Source: Candidatus Enteromonas sp. (GTDB lineage: Bacteria; Bacillota_I; Bacilli_A; RFN20; CAG-826). Taken from it: 64,000 nt of DNA. Each line of letters opens with the position of its first letter. The first letter of the stretch is position 1. The translations under genes and the position numbers were made by a program. The stretch spans positions 28,819 through 92,818 of the forward strand of contig JAXDTZ010000014.1 of NCBI GenBank assembly GCA_034089705.1, written 5' to 3'. This document shows, piece after piece, positions 10,384 through 20,504 of this stretch. Under the pieces are notes generated by a model, which was not told the DNA's origin, made no database searches, and saw nothing but the letters and a program-made list of their open reading frames with translations.

Positions 10384-10488
10384 TATTATACATTAGTCTT
10401 TGACTAATAACAGCACCATCCCTCTCCTTTTTCTTTCTTTTTTCTAACAAGGCGGATAACATCAATAGCAACGGCTTCATTTCCCATT

Positions 10489-11553
10489 ATGGCAAGCATC
10501 CCAACCAAGAAATTCTTCGAAGCCATTGTTAAAGCAATGGAAGAAAACATCGATTCCGACGCCTTTTTCAACGAAATCCTCTTTCGCCTGGAAGAAAACG
10601 AGCGCGATGAAATCGCGTTAAAAAGCAAAACCGGCCAGAATCCGGGAATTTCCGCGAAAGAAGTCTTGTATCCCCTTCTTGGGAAAACGGAAAGGCAGAT
10701 TCTTAAAACCGCGCTTGGCTTTTCGGGGCTTTCGGAAGTTCAAACCCTCTCTGCCAAAGAACTCGGCAAAGACCCTTATTTTTCATTGCTTTCGAAAGTG
10801 GAGGAGGCCTCCTTGGGATCCATTCGCTTCGGTTGGGAAACCTTGGAGGCGAATCGCTTTTTCCTCGCGGGAGATAAGCGCTCCGCGGACGAAGTTTTTC
10901 ACGAATATTCTCCTCTTGGAATCTTAGATGAACCCCTGGACTATCCGGTTTTGGAAAAAGACGGCGTCCCTTGGATGAGCCTTGTCCCCCACGAACTGTT
11001 GACGATGAAAGAGCCAATCCGCGAAGCGAAGGGGAAGGTCGCGACCTGCGGGCTCGGGCTTGGCTATTTTGCCTTTTCCGCATCCCAAAAAGAAGACGTT
11101 TCGGAAGTCCACGTTTACGAACTGGACCCCGAAATCATCGACTTTTTCCAAACGCGTCTTCTTCCCTTGTTCCCTCATAAAGAAAAGATCGTCATCCATC
11201 AAAAAGACGCCTTCTCTTATGTAGAAGACGGGCCTTACGATTTCGTTTTCGTTGACACCTACCATAACGCGGATGACGGGACGCCCCAATACCTCCGTTA
11301 TTTGGCGTTAGAAAACGGAAAAACTCCCGTTGCTTATTGGATTGAAGGGACGCTTCTTTGCTATTTCCGGAGAGCGGTCATTTATTCCCTCGCTTGTTGG
11401 GGCGAAAGCGAATCGTTCCTGAAAGAAGAGATTCCCCTCATCTATGCCTCTTGGCGTGCCTTAAAAGCGACCGGGATTCCCAAAAACCTCGGGCGTTTCC
11501 TGTCCGATGATGGTCTCAAGGAATTCGCCCAATTAGTAGCGAGCAAAATATAG
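10489..11553 (+). CDS. spermidine synthase-like class I SAM-dependent transferase family protein (function uncertain)
   Basis: 354 aa; GLGLGYFA (GGGDGG-like) motif, VYELDPEIIDF and DFVFVDTYHN blocks resembling the polyamine aminopropyltransferase fold; no obvious RBS. Confidence 0.5.
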   Translation: MASIPTKKFFEAIVKAMEENIDSDAFFNEILFRLEENERDEIALKSKTGQNPGISAKEVLYPLLGKTERQILKTALGFSGLSEVQTLSAKELGKDPYFSLLSKVEEASLGSIRFGWETLEANRFFLAGDKRSADEVFHEYSPLGILDEPLDYPVLEKDGVPWMSLVPHELLTMKEPIREAKGKVATCGLGLGYFAFSASQKEDVSEVHVYELDPEIIDFFQTRLLPLFPHKEKIVIHQKDAFSYVEDGPYDFVFVDTYHNADDGTPQYLRYLALENGKTPVAYWIEGTLLCYFRRAVIYSLACWGESESFLKEEIPLIYASWRALKATGIPKNLGRFLSDDGLKEFAQLVASKI

Positions 11554-11597
11554 AAGAAAAGAAAATGGCAACCAAATGGCTGCCATTTTTTGTTGAA

Positions 11598-13829
11598 TTA
11601 TCGCTTCCCGTTGCGACGGTCATTTCCGCGGGGGTGGGAGGTAAACTTCCCTCCGCGACGATCGTTGCTGTTATGGGGGCGGGATTCGCGTTCCGGGCGT
11701 TCGACGTAGCCTTCGGGCTTCTCCTCGAATTCGCGGTGCGAGACTTTGACCTTGCCTTTTTCGTCAAGTCCGATGACGACGACTTTGAGCTTGTCTCCGA
11801 CGGAAACGAGGTCGCTGGCGTTATCCACGTAATCCCATTTGAGGCGGGAAACGTGGCAGAGGCCGTCGCAATCTCCGAAGAGGTTGACGAAGCATCCGTA
11901 ATCTTCCACGCGGGTGACGGTTCCTTCGAAGATCTCCCCGACATGGGCTTCGCGGGTGATTTCGTCGATCATGGCTTTCGCCTTCTCGATCATCTTGCGG
12001 TCGCTGTGGTAAATGGTGATGGTTCCATCTTCTTCCACGTCGATCGCGGCGCCGCCGCATTCGCGGACCATGCCTTGGATGGTTTCTCCGCCTTTGCCGA
12101 TGACATCGCGGATCTTATCGGTCGGAATCTTGAAGGTGACCATCTTCGGAGCGTATTCCGAAACTTCCTTGCGGGGTTCAGGAATGGCTTTGGCGATGGC
12201 GGCGCGGATTTCCGCACGGGCGCGCTTGGCTTGCTCGAGGGCTTCAGAGAGGACTTCGCGGGTGACGCCGTGGATCTTGATGTCCATTTGAAGGGCGGTG
12301 AGGCCTTTCGCGGTGCCGGCACATTTGAAGTCCATGTCGCCGAAGTGGTCTTCTAAGCCTTGGATATCGGTGAGGATGGTGTAGGGGTGATTGCCATCAA
12401 AGGGGCCCGAGGAGATGAGGCCCATGGCGATGCCGGAAACGATGCCCTTGATGGGGACGCCCGCCGCCATGAGGGACATGCAGTTGGCGCAGATGGAGGC
12501 TTGGGAAGAGGAACCGTTGGATTCGACGACGTCGGCGACGCAGCGGATCGTGTAGGGGAATTCCTCTTCGCTCGGAAGGACGTAGCTAAGGGCGCGCTCG
12601 CCGAGTTTCCCGTGTCCGATTTCGCGGCGGCCGGGGCTTCCCATGCGTCCGATTTCGCCCACCGAATAAGGCGGGAAATTGTAATGGTGCATGAAGCGGC
12701 GCTCTTCTTCGCTCGTGAGGTTGTCGATGAGTTGCTTGTCGGCGAGAGGCCCAAGGGTGGTCGTTCCGATGACTTGGGTTTGGCCGCGGGTGAACATGGC
12801 GGAACCATGGGCGCGGGGAAGGAGGTCGACTTGGCAATCCAGCGGGCGGATTTCGTCGACTTTGCGTCCGTCGGGGCGGATCTTTTCTTCCGTGATGAGG
12901 CGGCGGACTTCAGCGGCGACCATGCCTTCGAGGATGTCGAAGACCATGAGCATCGACATCTTGTGGTCGTGTTCGTCTTCGTATTCGCGGTGGTCGTAAT
13001 CGTCGATGATTTCCTTCTTCAAAGCGTCGACCGCGTCTTGGCGTTCGAGTTTATCGACGATGGAAATGGCCTTCTTGAGGCGTTCTCCAATGCGGGATTC
13101 GATGTCGGCTTTGATGACGGGATCGGCGGAATAGAGTTGGATTTCGCGCTTGGGCTTGCCGATTTCGGCGATGATGGTCTTTTGCCAGGCGCAGAGTTTC
13201 TTGATGGCTTCGAAGCCGAACATGATGGCGTCGAGCATCTCTTCTTCCGGGACTTCCGCGGCGCCGGCTTCGACCATCATGATGGCCTCTTCGGTACCGG
13301 CGACGGCGAGGTCGATGTCGGAAACCTTCTTTTGCTCTTCGGTCGGATCGATGATGAGTTGCCCATCGACGCGTCCGACGTAGACTCCAGCCACCGGCCC
13401 GTCAAAGGGGATGTCGGAGATGCAGAGGGCCAAGGAGGCGCCGAGCATGCCGGTCATTTCCGGGGTGTTGTCGCGGTCGCAGGACATGACCGTGGCGACG
13501 ATTTGGACTTCGTTGCGGAAGCCATCGGCGAACAAGGGGCGAATCGGCCGGTCAATCAAACGGGCTGAAAGGGTCGCGTGTTCTCCAGGGCGGCCTTCGC
13601 GGCGGAGGAAGGATCCGGGGATTTTGCCAACGGCGTAGGATTTTTCTTCGTAGTTGACGGTAAGGGGGAAGAAGTCCCCTTCTTTGGGTTCATCGGCGCA
13701 GCAGGCGGTGGCTAGGACCACGGTGTCGCCGAAACGCACGAAAACAGAACCGTCGGCCTGTTTCGCGATTTCGCCGGTTTCGACGGAAAGCTTCCGTCCG
13801 GCGAATTCGGTTTCAAAAACTTTTTTCAT
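11598..13829 (-). CDS. pnp: polyribonucleotide nucleotidyltransferase (PNPase)
   Basis: 743 aa; two RNase PH domains, KH and S1 domains; unusual basic C-terminal tail (RESRPHNSNDRRGGKFTSHPRGNDRRNGKR). Confidence 0.95.
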   Translation of the reverse strand: MKKVFETEFAGRKLSVETGEIAKQADGSVFVRFGDTVVLATACCADEPKEGDFFPLTVNYEEKSYAVGKIPGSFLRREGRPGEHATLSARLIDRPIRPLFADGFRNEVQIVATVMSCDRDNTPEMTGMLGASLALCISDIPFDGPVAGVYVGRVDGQLIIDPTEEQKKVSDIDLAVAGTEEAIMMVEAGAAEVPEEEMLDAIMFGFEAIKKLCAWQKTIIAEIGKPKREIQLYSADPVIKADIESRIGERLKKAISIVDKLERQDAVDALKKEIIDDYDHREYEDEHDHKMSMLMVFDILEGMVAAEVRRLITEEKIRPDGRKVDEIRPLDCQVDLLPRAHGSAMFTRGQTQVIGTTTLGPLADKQLIDNLTSEEERRFMHHYNFPPYSVGEIGRMGSPGRREIGHGKLGERALSYVLPSEEEFPYTIRCVADVVESNGSSSQASICANCMSLMAAGVPIKGIVSGIAMGLISSGPFDGNHPYTILTDIQGLEDHFGDMDFKCAGTAKGLTALQMDIKIHGVTREVLSEALEQAKRARAEIRAAIAKAIPEPRKEVSEYAPKMVTFKIPTDKIRDVIGKGGETIQGMVRECGGAAIDVEEDGTITIYHSDRKMIEKAKAMIDEITREAHVGEIFEGTVTRVEDYGCFVNLFGDCDGLCHVSRLKWDYVDNASDLVSVGDKLKVVVIGLDEKGKVKVSHREFEEKPEGYVERPERESRPHNSNDRRGGKFTSHPRGNDRRNGKR

Positions 13830-13919
13830 TCCAAATTCCTTTTTTCAAACGCGATTAGTCTACCACGGCTGTTGCGATAGTCCTAGGGCGAAATTGAAAC
13901 TTTATGAAATAAAGCAAAG

Positions 13920-13949
13920 AAAAAACCTCCCGGATGTCCCAGGGAGGTT
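13920..13949 (-). terminator. rho-independent terminator / rpsO-pnp intercistronic hairpin
   Basis: minus-strand transcript AACCUCCC-(10 nt)-GGGAGGUU followed by U6, 8 nt downstream of the rpsO stop. Confidence 0.6.
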
Positions 13950-13956
13950 CGCCGTC

Positions 13957-14226
13957 TTATTTGCGGAGACCAAGCTTCGCGATGAGGGCCGAATAGCGTT
14001 CGGCGTCGTTTTCGCGGAGGTAGTCAAGAAGGCTGTGACGCTTGCCGACCAAGATGAGCAGAGCGCGGCGGGCGCCGGCGTCTTGCTTGTTGGCTTGGAG
14101 GTGGGCGGTGAGATCTTTGATGCGAGCGGTGAGAAGGGCGATTTGGACTTCGGACGAACCGGTGTCTTTTTCGTTCTTGCCGTACTTCTTGATGATCGCG
14201 GAGGTCTCGGCTTTCGAGAGTGCCAT
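13957..14226 (-). CDS. rpsO: 30S ribosomal protein S15
   Basis: 89-aa [16 protein letters not shown]...; AAAGGAG RBS 9 nt upstream of ATG at 14226 (longer track ORF starts further upstream). Confidence 0.95.
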   Translation of the reverse strand: MALSKAETSAIIKKYGKNEKDTGSSEVQIALLTARIKDLTAHLQANKQDAGARRALLILVGKRHSLLDYLRENDAERYSALIAKLGLRK

Positions 14227-14310
14227 GGTGAATTTCTCCTTTCTTTGGACTTGGCGAATCCCACGCGGAATCAAGGAGATTGGTGTCCGCGACGGATTGC
14301 TGCAGGTGTA

Positions 14311-14339
14311 ACAATAGTGGAAAGCGAGGCGTTTGACAA
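14311..14339 (-). promoter_or_regulatory. candidate sigma-A promoter for rpsO (-35 TTGTCA, 17-nt spacer, -10 TATTGT)
   Basis: minus-strand reading of 14339..14311; ~77-nt leader to the rpsO start. Confidence 0.35.
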
Positions 14340-14450
14340 GCGAAAATCGCCGAAATGGTAACGAAATTGGTAAGAGGACTCCATTTGGTGGTTGCGAGCG
14401 CGCATGCGGGGGACTAAAATTTGCCCCGGCTAACCCAGGAGGTCCCTATT

Positions 14451-16277
14451 ATGAACATGAGAAACATCGCCATCATCGCCCACGTCGACCATGGCAAAAC
14501 CACCCTCGTCAACGCCCTTCTCACCAAATCCGGGACCTTCCGCACCAACGAGGAAGTCGCCGACCGCGCGATGGACAGCAATCCCCAAGAGAGGGAACGC
14601 GGCATCACCATTTTGGCCAAGACCACCTCGGTCATGTACCGCGACACCAAAATCAACATCGTGGACACCCCGGGGCACGCGGATTTCGGCGGGGAAGTCG
14701 AACGCATCATGCACATGGTCGATGGGTGCTTATTGCTCGTCGACGCGTTCGAAGGGACGATGCCCCAAACCCGTTTCGTTTTGAAAAACGCCCTGGAAAA
14801 CCACATCAAGCCGATCGTCGTCATCAACAAAGTCGACCGCCCGAACGCCGACCCCCAAAAAGCCGTCGACGAAGTCCTCGACCTCCTTATTCAACTCGGA
14901 GCCCCCGATGACTTGCTCGAATTCCCGGTCGTCTACACGAGCGCGCTGAACGGAACTTCTTCTTATTCTCCGGACCCCGCGAGCCAAAAGGAGGGGATGG
15001 ACCCCGTCTTCGAGACGATTCTAAAAGAGATTCCGGAACCCACCTGCGACCCAAGCGCCCCCTTCTGCTTCCAACCCGCGCTTCTAGATTACAACGGATT
15101 CGTCGGGAGAATCGGCATCGGCACCATCCGGGGAGGCAAAGCCAAAGTCGGCGACACCATCCAAGACATCGATGAAAATGGGCAAACCCACGACTTCAAA
15201 ATCATGAAGCTCTTCACCTTCCACGGCCTTCGCCGAGTCGAGGTGGACCACGTCGATTGCGGCGACATCTGCGCGATCGCCGGTTACGACCAAATGAACG
15301 TCGGGGACACCTTCTGCGCCCGGGGAGGCACCGCGCTGCCCCGTCTTCGCGTCGACGAACCGACCCTCCAAATGGAATTCGGGACCAATTCTTCCCCCCT
15401 TCGCGGGCAAGATGGGAAATTCGTGACCGCCCGCGTCATCGAGGACCGCCTCTTCCAGGAAGTCCAACGCGACGTCTCCCTCCGTTTCCGCCGCATCCCC
15501 AACACCGAAACCTGGGTGGTCTCGGGCCGGGGCGAACTCCATCTCGGGGTTTTGATCGAAACCATGCGGAGAGAAGGGTACGAACTCGAGGTTTCCAAAC
15601 CCCACGTCATAATCAAGGAAATCGATGGGCAAAAATGCGAACCTTACGAAGATTTGCAAATCGACGTCCCCAGCGAATACGTCGGGGACATCATGCAGAC
15701 CCTCGGGGAACGGGGTGCTTCCCTCCTCGACATGCTGGAAGCCAACGGCCAAAGCCGCCTGACCTACGTCATTCCTTCCCGCGGCCTCCTTGGCTTTGTC
15801 AACAACTTCCTCACCCTCACCAAGGGATATGGCATCATCAACCACACCTTCAAGGAATACCGGCCCATGTACGCCAAATCCGTCGGGGAACGCCAAATCG
15901 GGGTCCTCGTTTCGGTGGATAACGGGGCCAGCACCCCGTATTCGATCGAAAAAGTCGAAGAGCACGGGACGATGTTCATCCTTCCCGGGACCATTTGCTA
16001 CGAGGGGATGATCGTCGGGGAGCACCGTTACCCGACCGACCTCGCGGTCAACGTCACGGCCGCCAAACCGCAAACCAACATCCGTTCCTCCAACAAGGAC
16101 CAAACCGTGGTCTTGAAATCCCCCCGCAAGATGTCGTTGGAGGCTTGCCTCGACTACATCAATTCCGATGAACTCGTGGAAGTCACCCCGACCGCCTTCC
16201 GCATGCGCAAACGCATCCTTTCCACCCCGGAACGGAAGAAATTCGACGCGAAGAAAAAAGCCGAAGCGGCGAACTAA
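14451..16277 (+). CDS. typA: translational GTPase TypA/BipA
   Basis: [20 protein letters not shown]1 motif, [13 protein letters not shown]; AGGAGG RBS 8 nt upstream; track ORF starts earlier at a TTG. Confidence 0.93.
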   Translation: MNMRNIAIIAHVDHGKTTLVNALLTKSGTFRTNEEVADRAMDSNPQERERGITILAKTTSVMYRDTKINIVDTPGHADFGGEVERIMHMVDGCLLLVDAFEGTMPQTRFVLKNALENHIKPIVVINKVDRPNADPQKAVDEVLDLLIQLGAPDDLLEFPVVYTSALNGTSSYSPDPASQKEGMDPVFETILKEIPEPTCDPSAPFCFQPALLDYNGFVGRIGIGTIRGGKAKVGDTIQDIDENGQTHDFKIMKLFTFHGLRRVEVDHVDCGDICAIAGYDQMNVGDTFCARGGTALPRLRVDEPTLQMEFGTNSSPLRGQDGKFVTARVIEDRLFQEVQRDVSLRFRRIPNTETWVVSGRGELHLGVLIETMRREGYELEVSKPHVIIKEIDGQKCEPYEDLQIDVPSEYVGDIMQTLGERGASLLDMLEANGQSRLTYVIPSRGLLGFVNNFLTLTKGYGIINHTFKEYRPMYAKSVGERQIGVLVSVDNGASTPYSIEKVEEHGTMFILPGTICYEGMIVGEHRYPTDLAVNVTAAKPQTNIRSSNKDQTVVLKSPRKMSLEACLDYINSDELVEVTPTAFRMRKRILSTPERKKFDAKKKAEAAN

Positions 16278-16280
16278 CGA

Positions 16281-16310
16281 AAACGGCAGCAACCCGCTGC
16301 CGTTTTATTT
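16281..16310. terminator. bidirectional rho-independent terminator between convergent typA and ribF
   Basis: AAACGGCAGC-AACCC-GCUGCCGUUU hairpin flanked by A-run and U-run; overlaps the ribF stop codon. Confidence 0.7.
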
Positions 16311-17204
16311 ACCAAGCAAATCCAGGCTTCTTAGCCAGGCTTCGTCGGTTTGGAGTTGCGTTTTCAATTCTTCCAATCCGGAGAATTTCTTTTCGCCCCT
16401 TCCCGAAGCAACAAACGACAAATAGACCGTTTTCTCGTAGCAATTCCCGGAATAACCGAGCAAATGGGCTTCCACCAAAACTTCGTCCAATTCCCCGAAC
16501 GTGGGATTTTTGCCCACGTTGATGAGGGCTTCGTAGGGTTTGCCCAGCAGATAGCAGATCCCTCCGTATATCCCTTCTTTTGGCAAAAGATAGGGAGCTT
16601 TGAGGCGGAGGTTCACCGTGGGGTATCCGATGGTTCTTCCCCGGGCTTTCCCATGCACCACCGTTCCGCAGATTTCGTAAGGGCGGCCCAGCAATGCGGC
16701 GGCTTCTTCGACTTTTCCTTCGCGAATGAGGGTTTTGAGCCGCGTGGAAGAGATTTTAGTTCCGTCTTCGAGAACGAGCGGGAGGACAAAAGTCCGGAAG
16801 TGGCGCTTCAGGTCTTCCGGAGTCCCTTTCCCCTGGGCCCCGAAAGCGTAATCTTCCCCGACGACCGTTTGGCTCACTCCGAGGGGAAGGAGGAAATCCG
16901 TTATGAATTCTTCGGGGGAAAGGGCGAAGAATTCGGGGGTGGTGTCCAACACATAGGCAAAATCGATCCCCGTGCCGTAAAGAAACCGAATCTTGTCTTC
17001 GAGGGACATCAAGCAGCTCCCCCCCTCCCCTTTAAAGGGCATGGAGGAAAATAACAACACGGCGCTATCGCCGGTCGCGCAATACCGGGCCTTATTTAGC
17101 AGGGCCTGGTGGCCGCGGTGCATCCCGTCGAAAAACCCGAGAACCATCGTGAGGTTCTTCCGTTTTTCCGGGAGATTTGGATAAGTGAAACGAACGATTT
17201 CCAT
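16305..17204 (-). CDS. ribF: bifunctional riboflavin kinase / FMN adenylyltransferase
   Basis: 299 aa; GFFDGMHRGH nucleotidyltransferase motif and C-terminal riboflavin kinase domain; start overlaps truB stop by 1 nt (TGATG). Confidence 0.9.
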   Translation of the reverse strand: MEIVRFTYPNLPEKRKNLTMVLGFFDGMHRGHQALLNKARYCATGDSAVLLFSSMPFKGEGGSCLMSLEDKIRFLYGTGIDFAYVLDTTPEFFALSPEEFITDFLLPLGVSQTVVGEDYAFGAQGKGTPEDLKRHFRTFVLPLVLEDGTKISSTRLKTLIREGKVEEAAALLGRPYEICGTVVHGKARGRTIGYPTVNLRLKAPYLLPKEGIYGGICYLLGKPYEALINVGKNPTFGELDEVLVEAHLLGYSGNCYEKTVYLSFVASGRGEKKFSGLEELKTQLQTDEAWLRSLDLLGK

Positions 17205-18064
17205 CAGAAGAGTCCTCGGAAAGCGACATAGAGGTCCTTTTCCTTTTTGGTATAAACCGCGACGGCCTCGCCGCGATGGGTCAATAGTACTTCTTTTTCT
17301 TCCTTGGGAAGAGACAAGGCAACCCCGTTTTTGGCTTTACGGTAGTCCTCTTCCCCGAGTTCCACTTGGGGGAGGTGGGCAAGATAAGGAAGCGGGTTTT
17401 TGAGCGCTTGGAAGTCCACTTTCGAGAGGGGGATGGCATCTTTTACGTCGTAATAGCCGACTTTGGTTCGGCGAAGGGAAAAAAGATAGCCTAGCGTTCC
17501 AAGGGCTTTGGCGATGTCTTCCCCCAGCACGCGGATATAAGTGCCTTTGCTCACTTTGGCTTCGAATCGAAGGAAGGTATCCCCCAGTTCCAGCAAACGG
17601 AGGGAATCGATATGGACGGGGCGGGGGGCGCGTTCGATCTCTTGGCCTTTATGGGCCAAAACGTAGAGGGCTTGGCCTTGCACCTTGATGGCGCTTGTCA
17701 TCGGGGGAATCTGTTCCCCATCCCCCAAAAAGGAAGAAAAGACCGCTTCCACGGATTCTTGGGACAAGGCCGGAATGGGCTTTTCCCCGTTCTTTTCCCC
17801 GTCTTTGTCCCCCGTGGTCGTGGAAGTTCCGAGTTCCAACCTCGCTTCGTAGGTTTTTTCCCCATCATCGAGGAAAGCGAGGGTTTTGGTGGCCTTGTTG
17901 ACCGCGACGATGAGCAAACCCGTGGCGAAAGGGTCGAGCGTCCCGAGGTGCCCGACTTTTTTGGTGCGGAACATCTTTTGCATCGCGTTATCGATTTTGC
18001 GGGAGGAAATGCCTTCTTCTTTGTCGATGAACAAGAGGCCAGAAGGGGAGGAAAGGGAATTCAT
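17204..18064 (-). CDS. truB: tRNA pseudouridine(55) synthase
   Basis: GLLFIDKEEGISS ... HLGTLDPFATGLL catalytic Asp motif; ATG at 18064 preferred, in-frame GTG at 18100 possible. Confidence 0.88.
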   Translation of the reverse strand: MNSLSSPSGLLFIDKEEGISSRKIDNAMQKMFRTKKVGHLGTLDPFATGLLIVAVNKATKTLAFLDDGEKTYEARLELGTSTTTGDKDGEKNGEKPIPALSQESVEAVFSSFLGDGEQIPPMTSAIKVQGQALYVLAHKGQEIERAPRPVHIDSLRLLELGDTFLRFEAKVSKGTYIRVLGEDIAKALGTLGYLFSLRRTKVGYYDVKDAIPLSKVDFQALKNPLPYLAHLPQVELGEEDYRKAKNGVALSLPKEEKEVLLTHRGEAVAVYTKKEKDLYVAFRGLF

Positions 18065-18153
18065 GGAACATAATATACCCGATATTGCTTCTCTTTTCAC
18101 CCATTCGAGTCTTGAGAAGACTTCGAAAACGGGTATGATTTTACGGAATCATT

Positions 18154-19284
18154 ATGCGAAGCATTCGAAAAGTTTTGGCGGCCCTTCGAAAAGCGGATGA
18201 ACTCTTCTCCTTGATCGACGAGAAGGACCGCATCGCCTTGGGCATCTCGGGAGGAAAGGATTCCTTGGCCTTGCTTTTGGCCATGAGCCTCTATTCCAAA
18301 TTCTCCAAGAAGGATTTCACCATCGTCCCCATCACCCTCGATTTGGGGTTCGACGGGTTCGACGCGGATCCTCTTTTGGAATATTGCCAAAGCCTCGGCA
18401 TCTCCCTGCACGTGGAAAACTGCCAGGAGGTCTATCCGATTTTGAAGGCCAACACGAAGCCGGGGGGCCATATCCCTTGCTCCATCTGCTCCCGGATGAA
18501 AAAAGCCGCGATCAACGAAGCGGCGAAGAAATACGGTTGCAACAAAGTGGCCTTCGCCCATCACAAGGACGACGCGATCGAAACCCTGTTCATGAACATG
18601 ATCCACGGGGGTAGGGTCGCGACCTTCGAACCCAAGATGCACCTTGACCGCGCGGGGATCACCTTCATTCGTCCCTTGGTTTTGGCGGAAGAGAAGGATC
18701 TTGCCTCCCTTGCGAAAGAAGAATCTCTCCCGGTGGTCAAAAAAACCTGCCCCGCGGACGGGTTCACCGAACGGGAATGGACGAAACAGCTGCTGGCTTC
18801 GATTTACCAAAGCCGACCCGAAGCGGTCGCGAACTTGTCCAAAGCCTTATACAATTACCAGGATTTCGGCCTCTATTTTTCCCATATCGAAACCAAGGAA
18901 AACGACGGGAGCCCCTATTCTTTGAAACCTTGTTTGTCCGCCAACGACGCCTTGGATTACGAACATTTCGCCCAGAAAAACGGGTTAAAAGGGCTCGTCC
19001 CGGGCTGCGTCCACGTTTTGCTCTTGAAGGCTCACCGCCTCATGGGGGCGATTTCCTATTCTTCCCCTCGCCACCACGAGATCGAAATCGTAGCCTGCGA
19101 CGCGATCGACAAGAACGACCTGAAGGAATTCCTCCTTCGGTTCGAAACTTCCCTCGCCAAAAAAGAAAACCCCTTGGACATCCAATTCCTCGGATACAAG
19201 AACAAGGGGGTTTTCGAGCGCTTGGGGTACCAAAAATTCTCGCGGAACGGCAAGAACGCTTATCGGAAGAAAATCATTCGCTGA
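18154..19284 (+). CDS. TtcA-like PP-loop ATPase (tRNA 2-thiocytidine synthetase family) with C-terminal extension
   Basis: 376 aa; SGGKDS PP-loop, CSICS and CPADG cysteine pairs in N-terminal ~240 aa; ~130-aa C-terminal region of unknown fold. Confidence 0.7.
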   Translation: MRSIRKVLAALRKADELFSLIDEKDRIALGISGGKDSLALLLAMSLYSKFSKKDFTIVPITLDLGFDGFDADPLLEYCQSLGISLHVENCQEVYPILKANTKPGGHIPCSICSRMKKAAINEAAKKYGCNKVAFAHHKDDAIETLFMNMIHGGRVATFEPKMHLDRAGITFIRPLVLAEEKDLASLAKEESLPVVKKTCPADGFTEREWTKQLLASIYQSRPEAVANLSKALYNYQDFGLYFSHIETKENDGSPYSLKPCLSANDALDYEHFAQKNGLKGLVPGCVHVLLLKAHRLMGAISYSSPRHHEIEIVACDAIDKNDLKEFLLRFETSLAKKENPLDIQFLGYKNKGVFERLGYQKFSRNGKNAYRKKIIR

Positions 19285-19723
19285 GGAAAGCGAGGGCGTG
19301 CGACGCCGCTTCCTTGGGTTTGCTGGAGATTTCGCGGTATACGAGGATTCCTTCCTCGTTGATGATAAAGGTGCTGCGGAGGACGCCGGGCTTAAAAACG
19401 CCAAGGGTTTTCTTTTCCCCATACGCCCCGAGGTAACGGATGAGTTCCTTCTCCGTGTCCAAAAGAAGGGAGAAGGGCAAGGCGTATTTGTCCTTAAACC
19501 GGAGGTGGGACGCCTTGGAAGAAGGGCTGACTCCATAAACTTCGTAGCCGAGTTTTTTGAATTCCTCGTAATGGGCGGCGAAATCTTGGGCTTCGATTGT
19601 GCACCCGGGGGTTAAATCCGCGGGATAAACGTAAATGACGGATTTGCGAAAAGACGCGACCTCCCGTTCGGCTTGGTTTTTCACACTCGGGAACTCAAAA
19701 CGATCACCAATCGAAATTGACAT
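19274..19723 (-). CDS. bcp: thioredoxin-dependent thiol peroxidase (Bcp/PrxQ-type peroxiredoxin)
   Basis: 149 aa; AhpC/TSA fold with peroxidatic Cys context VYPADLTPGCTIEAQDF; convergent 11-nt overlap with the TtcA-like gene. Confidence 0.8.
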   Translation of the reverse strand: MSISIGDRFEFPSVKNQAEREVASFRKSVIYVYPADLTPGCTIEAQDFAAHYEEFKKLGYEVYGVSPSSKASHLRFKDKYALPFSLLLDTEKELIRYLGAYGEKKTLGVFKPGVLRSTFIINEEGILVYREISSKPKEAASHALAFLSE

Positions 19724-20504
19724 GTTTTTTCTCCTTTTCTGGTTCTTCTTTCAGTATAAAGACCCAATGGGAATTTGTCGAAGAAAACGGATCGTAAACT
19801 AGTCCACTAGGAGTGAGGGAAAGGATTTCTTCTTTGGTTTGCGCCTGCCTTAGAGCGATCTCCCTCGCCATGGCTCCGCGGCATTGCTTGGAAAAGACGG
19901 AGGAAGAAACCCGTTTACCGCCCTTTTCAAGGAAAAAAGAAACGTCGATCACTTCGCTGGGGTCGAGGTATTTCCGGAGGGGCTCGAAGTATTCTTGGCT
20001 CGCGAGGTTGAGGTAAGGTCCGGGGGCATCGATTAGCGTTGCGATTTTCTCTCCAAAATAACGGGCTAAGGATTGGCCCTCCACCTTGTAAGGGTCTCCA
20101 TAATCCAGGCGATAAAAAGGGATGCCATCCATCGGGAGCAATAACCCATAAGCAGCGGAGAAGATCCGGAGGTGCTCTTGGAGGAAAGACAGGCTAACTT
20201 GGGGCAATGTTTCGGGGCTTAAGGAAACGTAGGCCACCCCGTCGTAACGGAAAATCGCGGGGCATAAACCAGGGTTTTGGAACCGCGACACGACGGAGGA
20301 AGCGATGGCGTCCGAGCAACGATAAAACCGTTTCGCCTCGGGCACGTCCATGGCGCGAAGTTTGGCCAAAATGGCGTTCCCTTCTTTTAGTAGCGCCGGG
20401 AGAGAAGAGTAGGGGAAGGAAGATTCCTTCATGGATTTGGCGGGGGATAAAAATAGCAGCATAATTGTGAAAAACCCAGGACCGAAAGGCCCTGGGGGAG
20501 TCAT
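19704..20504 (-). CDS. yaaA: peroxide stress protein YaaA (DUF328/UPF0246)
   Basis: contains the YaaA N-terminal signature MLLFLSPAKSM after a 14-aa extension; ATGA overlap with the rbfA stop supports the 20504 start (alternative ATG 20462). Confidence 0.78.
   Translation of the reverse strand: MTPPGPFGPGFFTIMLLFLSPAKSMKESSFPYSSLPALLKEGNAILAKLRAMDVPEAKRFYRCSDAIASSVVSRFQNPGLCPAIFRYDGVAYVSLSPETLPQVSLSFLQEHLRIFSAAYGLLLPMDGIPFYRLDYGDPYKVEGQSLARYFGEKIATLIDAPGPYLNLASQEYFEPLRKYLDPSEVIDVSFFLEKGGKRVSSSVFSKQCRGAMAREIALRQAQTKEEILSLTPSGLVYDPFSSTNSHWVFILKEEPEKEKKHVNFDW

Noticed and set aside
14333-14361. TTGACA -35 box as typA promoter on the plus strand
   Set aside because: No acceptable -10 at 16-18 nt (TGGTAA only). 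The same hexamer region reads as a much better minus-strand rpsO promoter (TTGTCA-17-TATTGT), so only that is reported.
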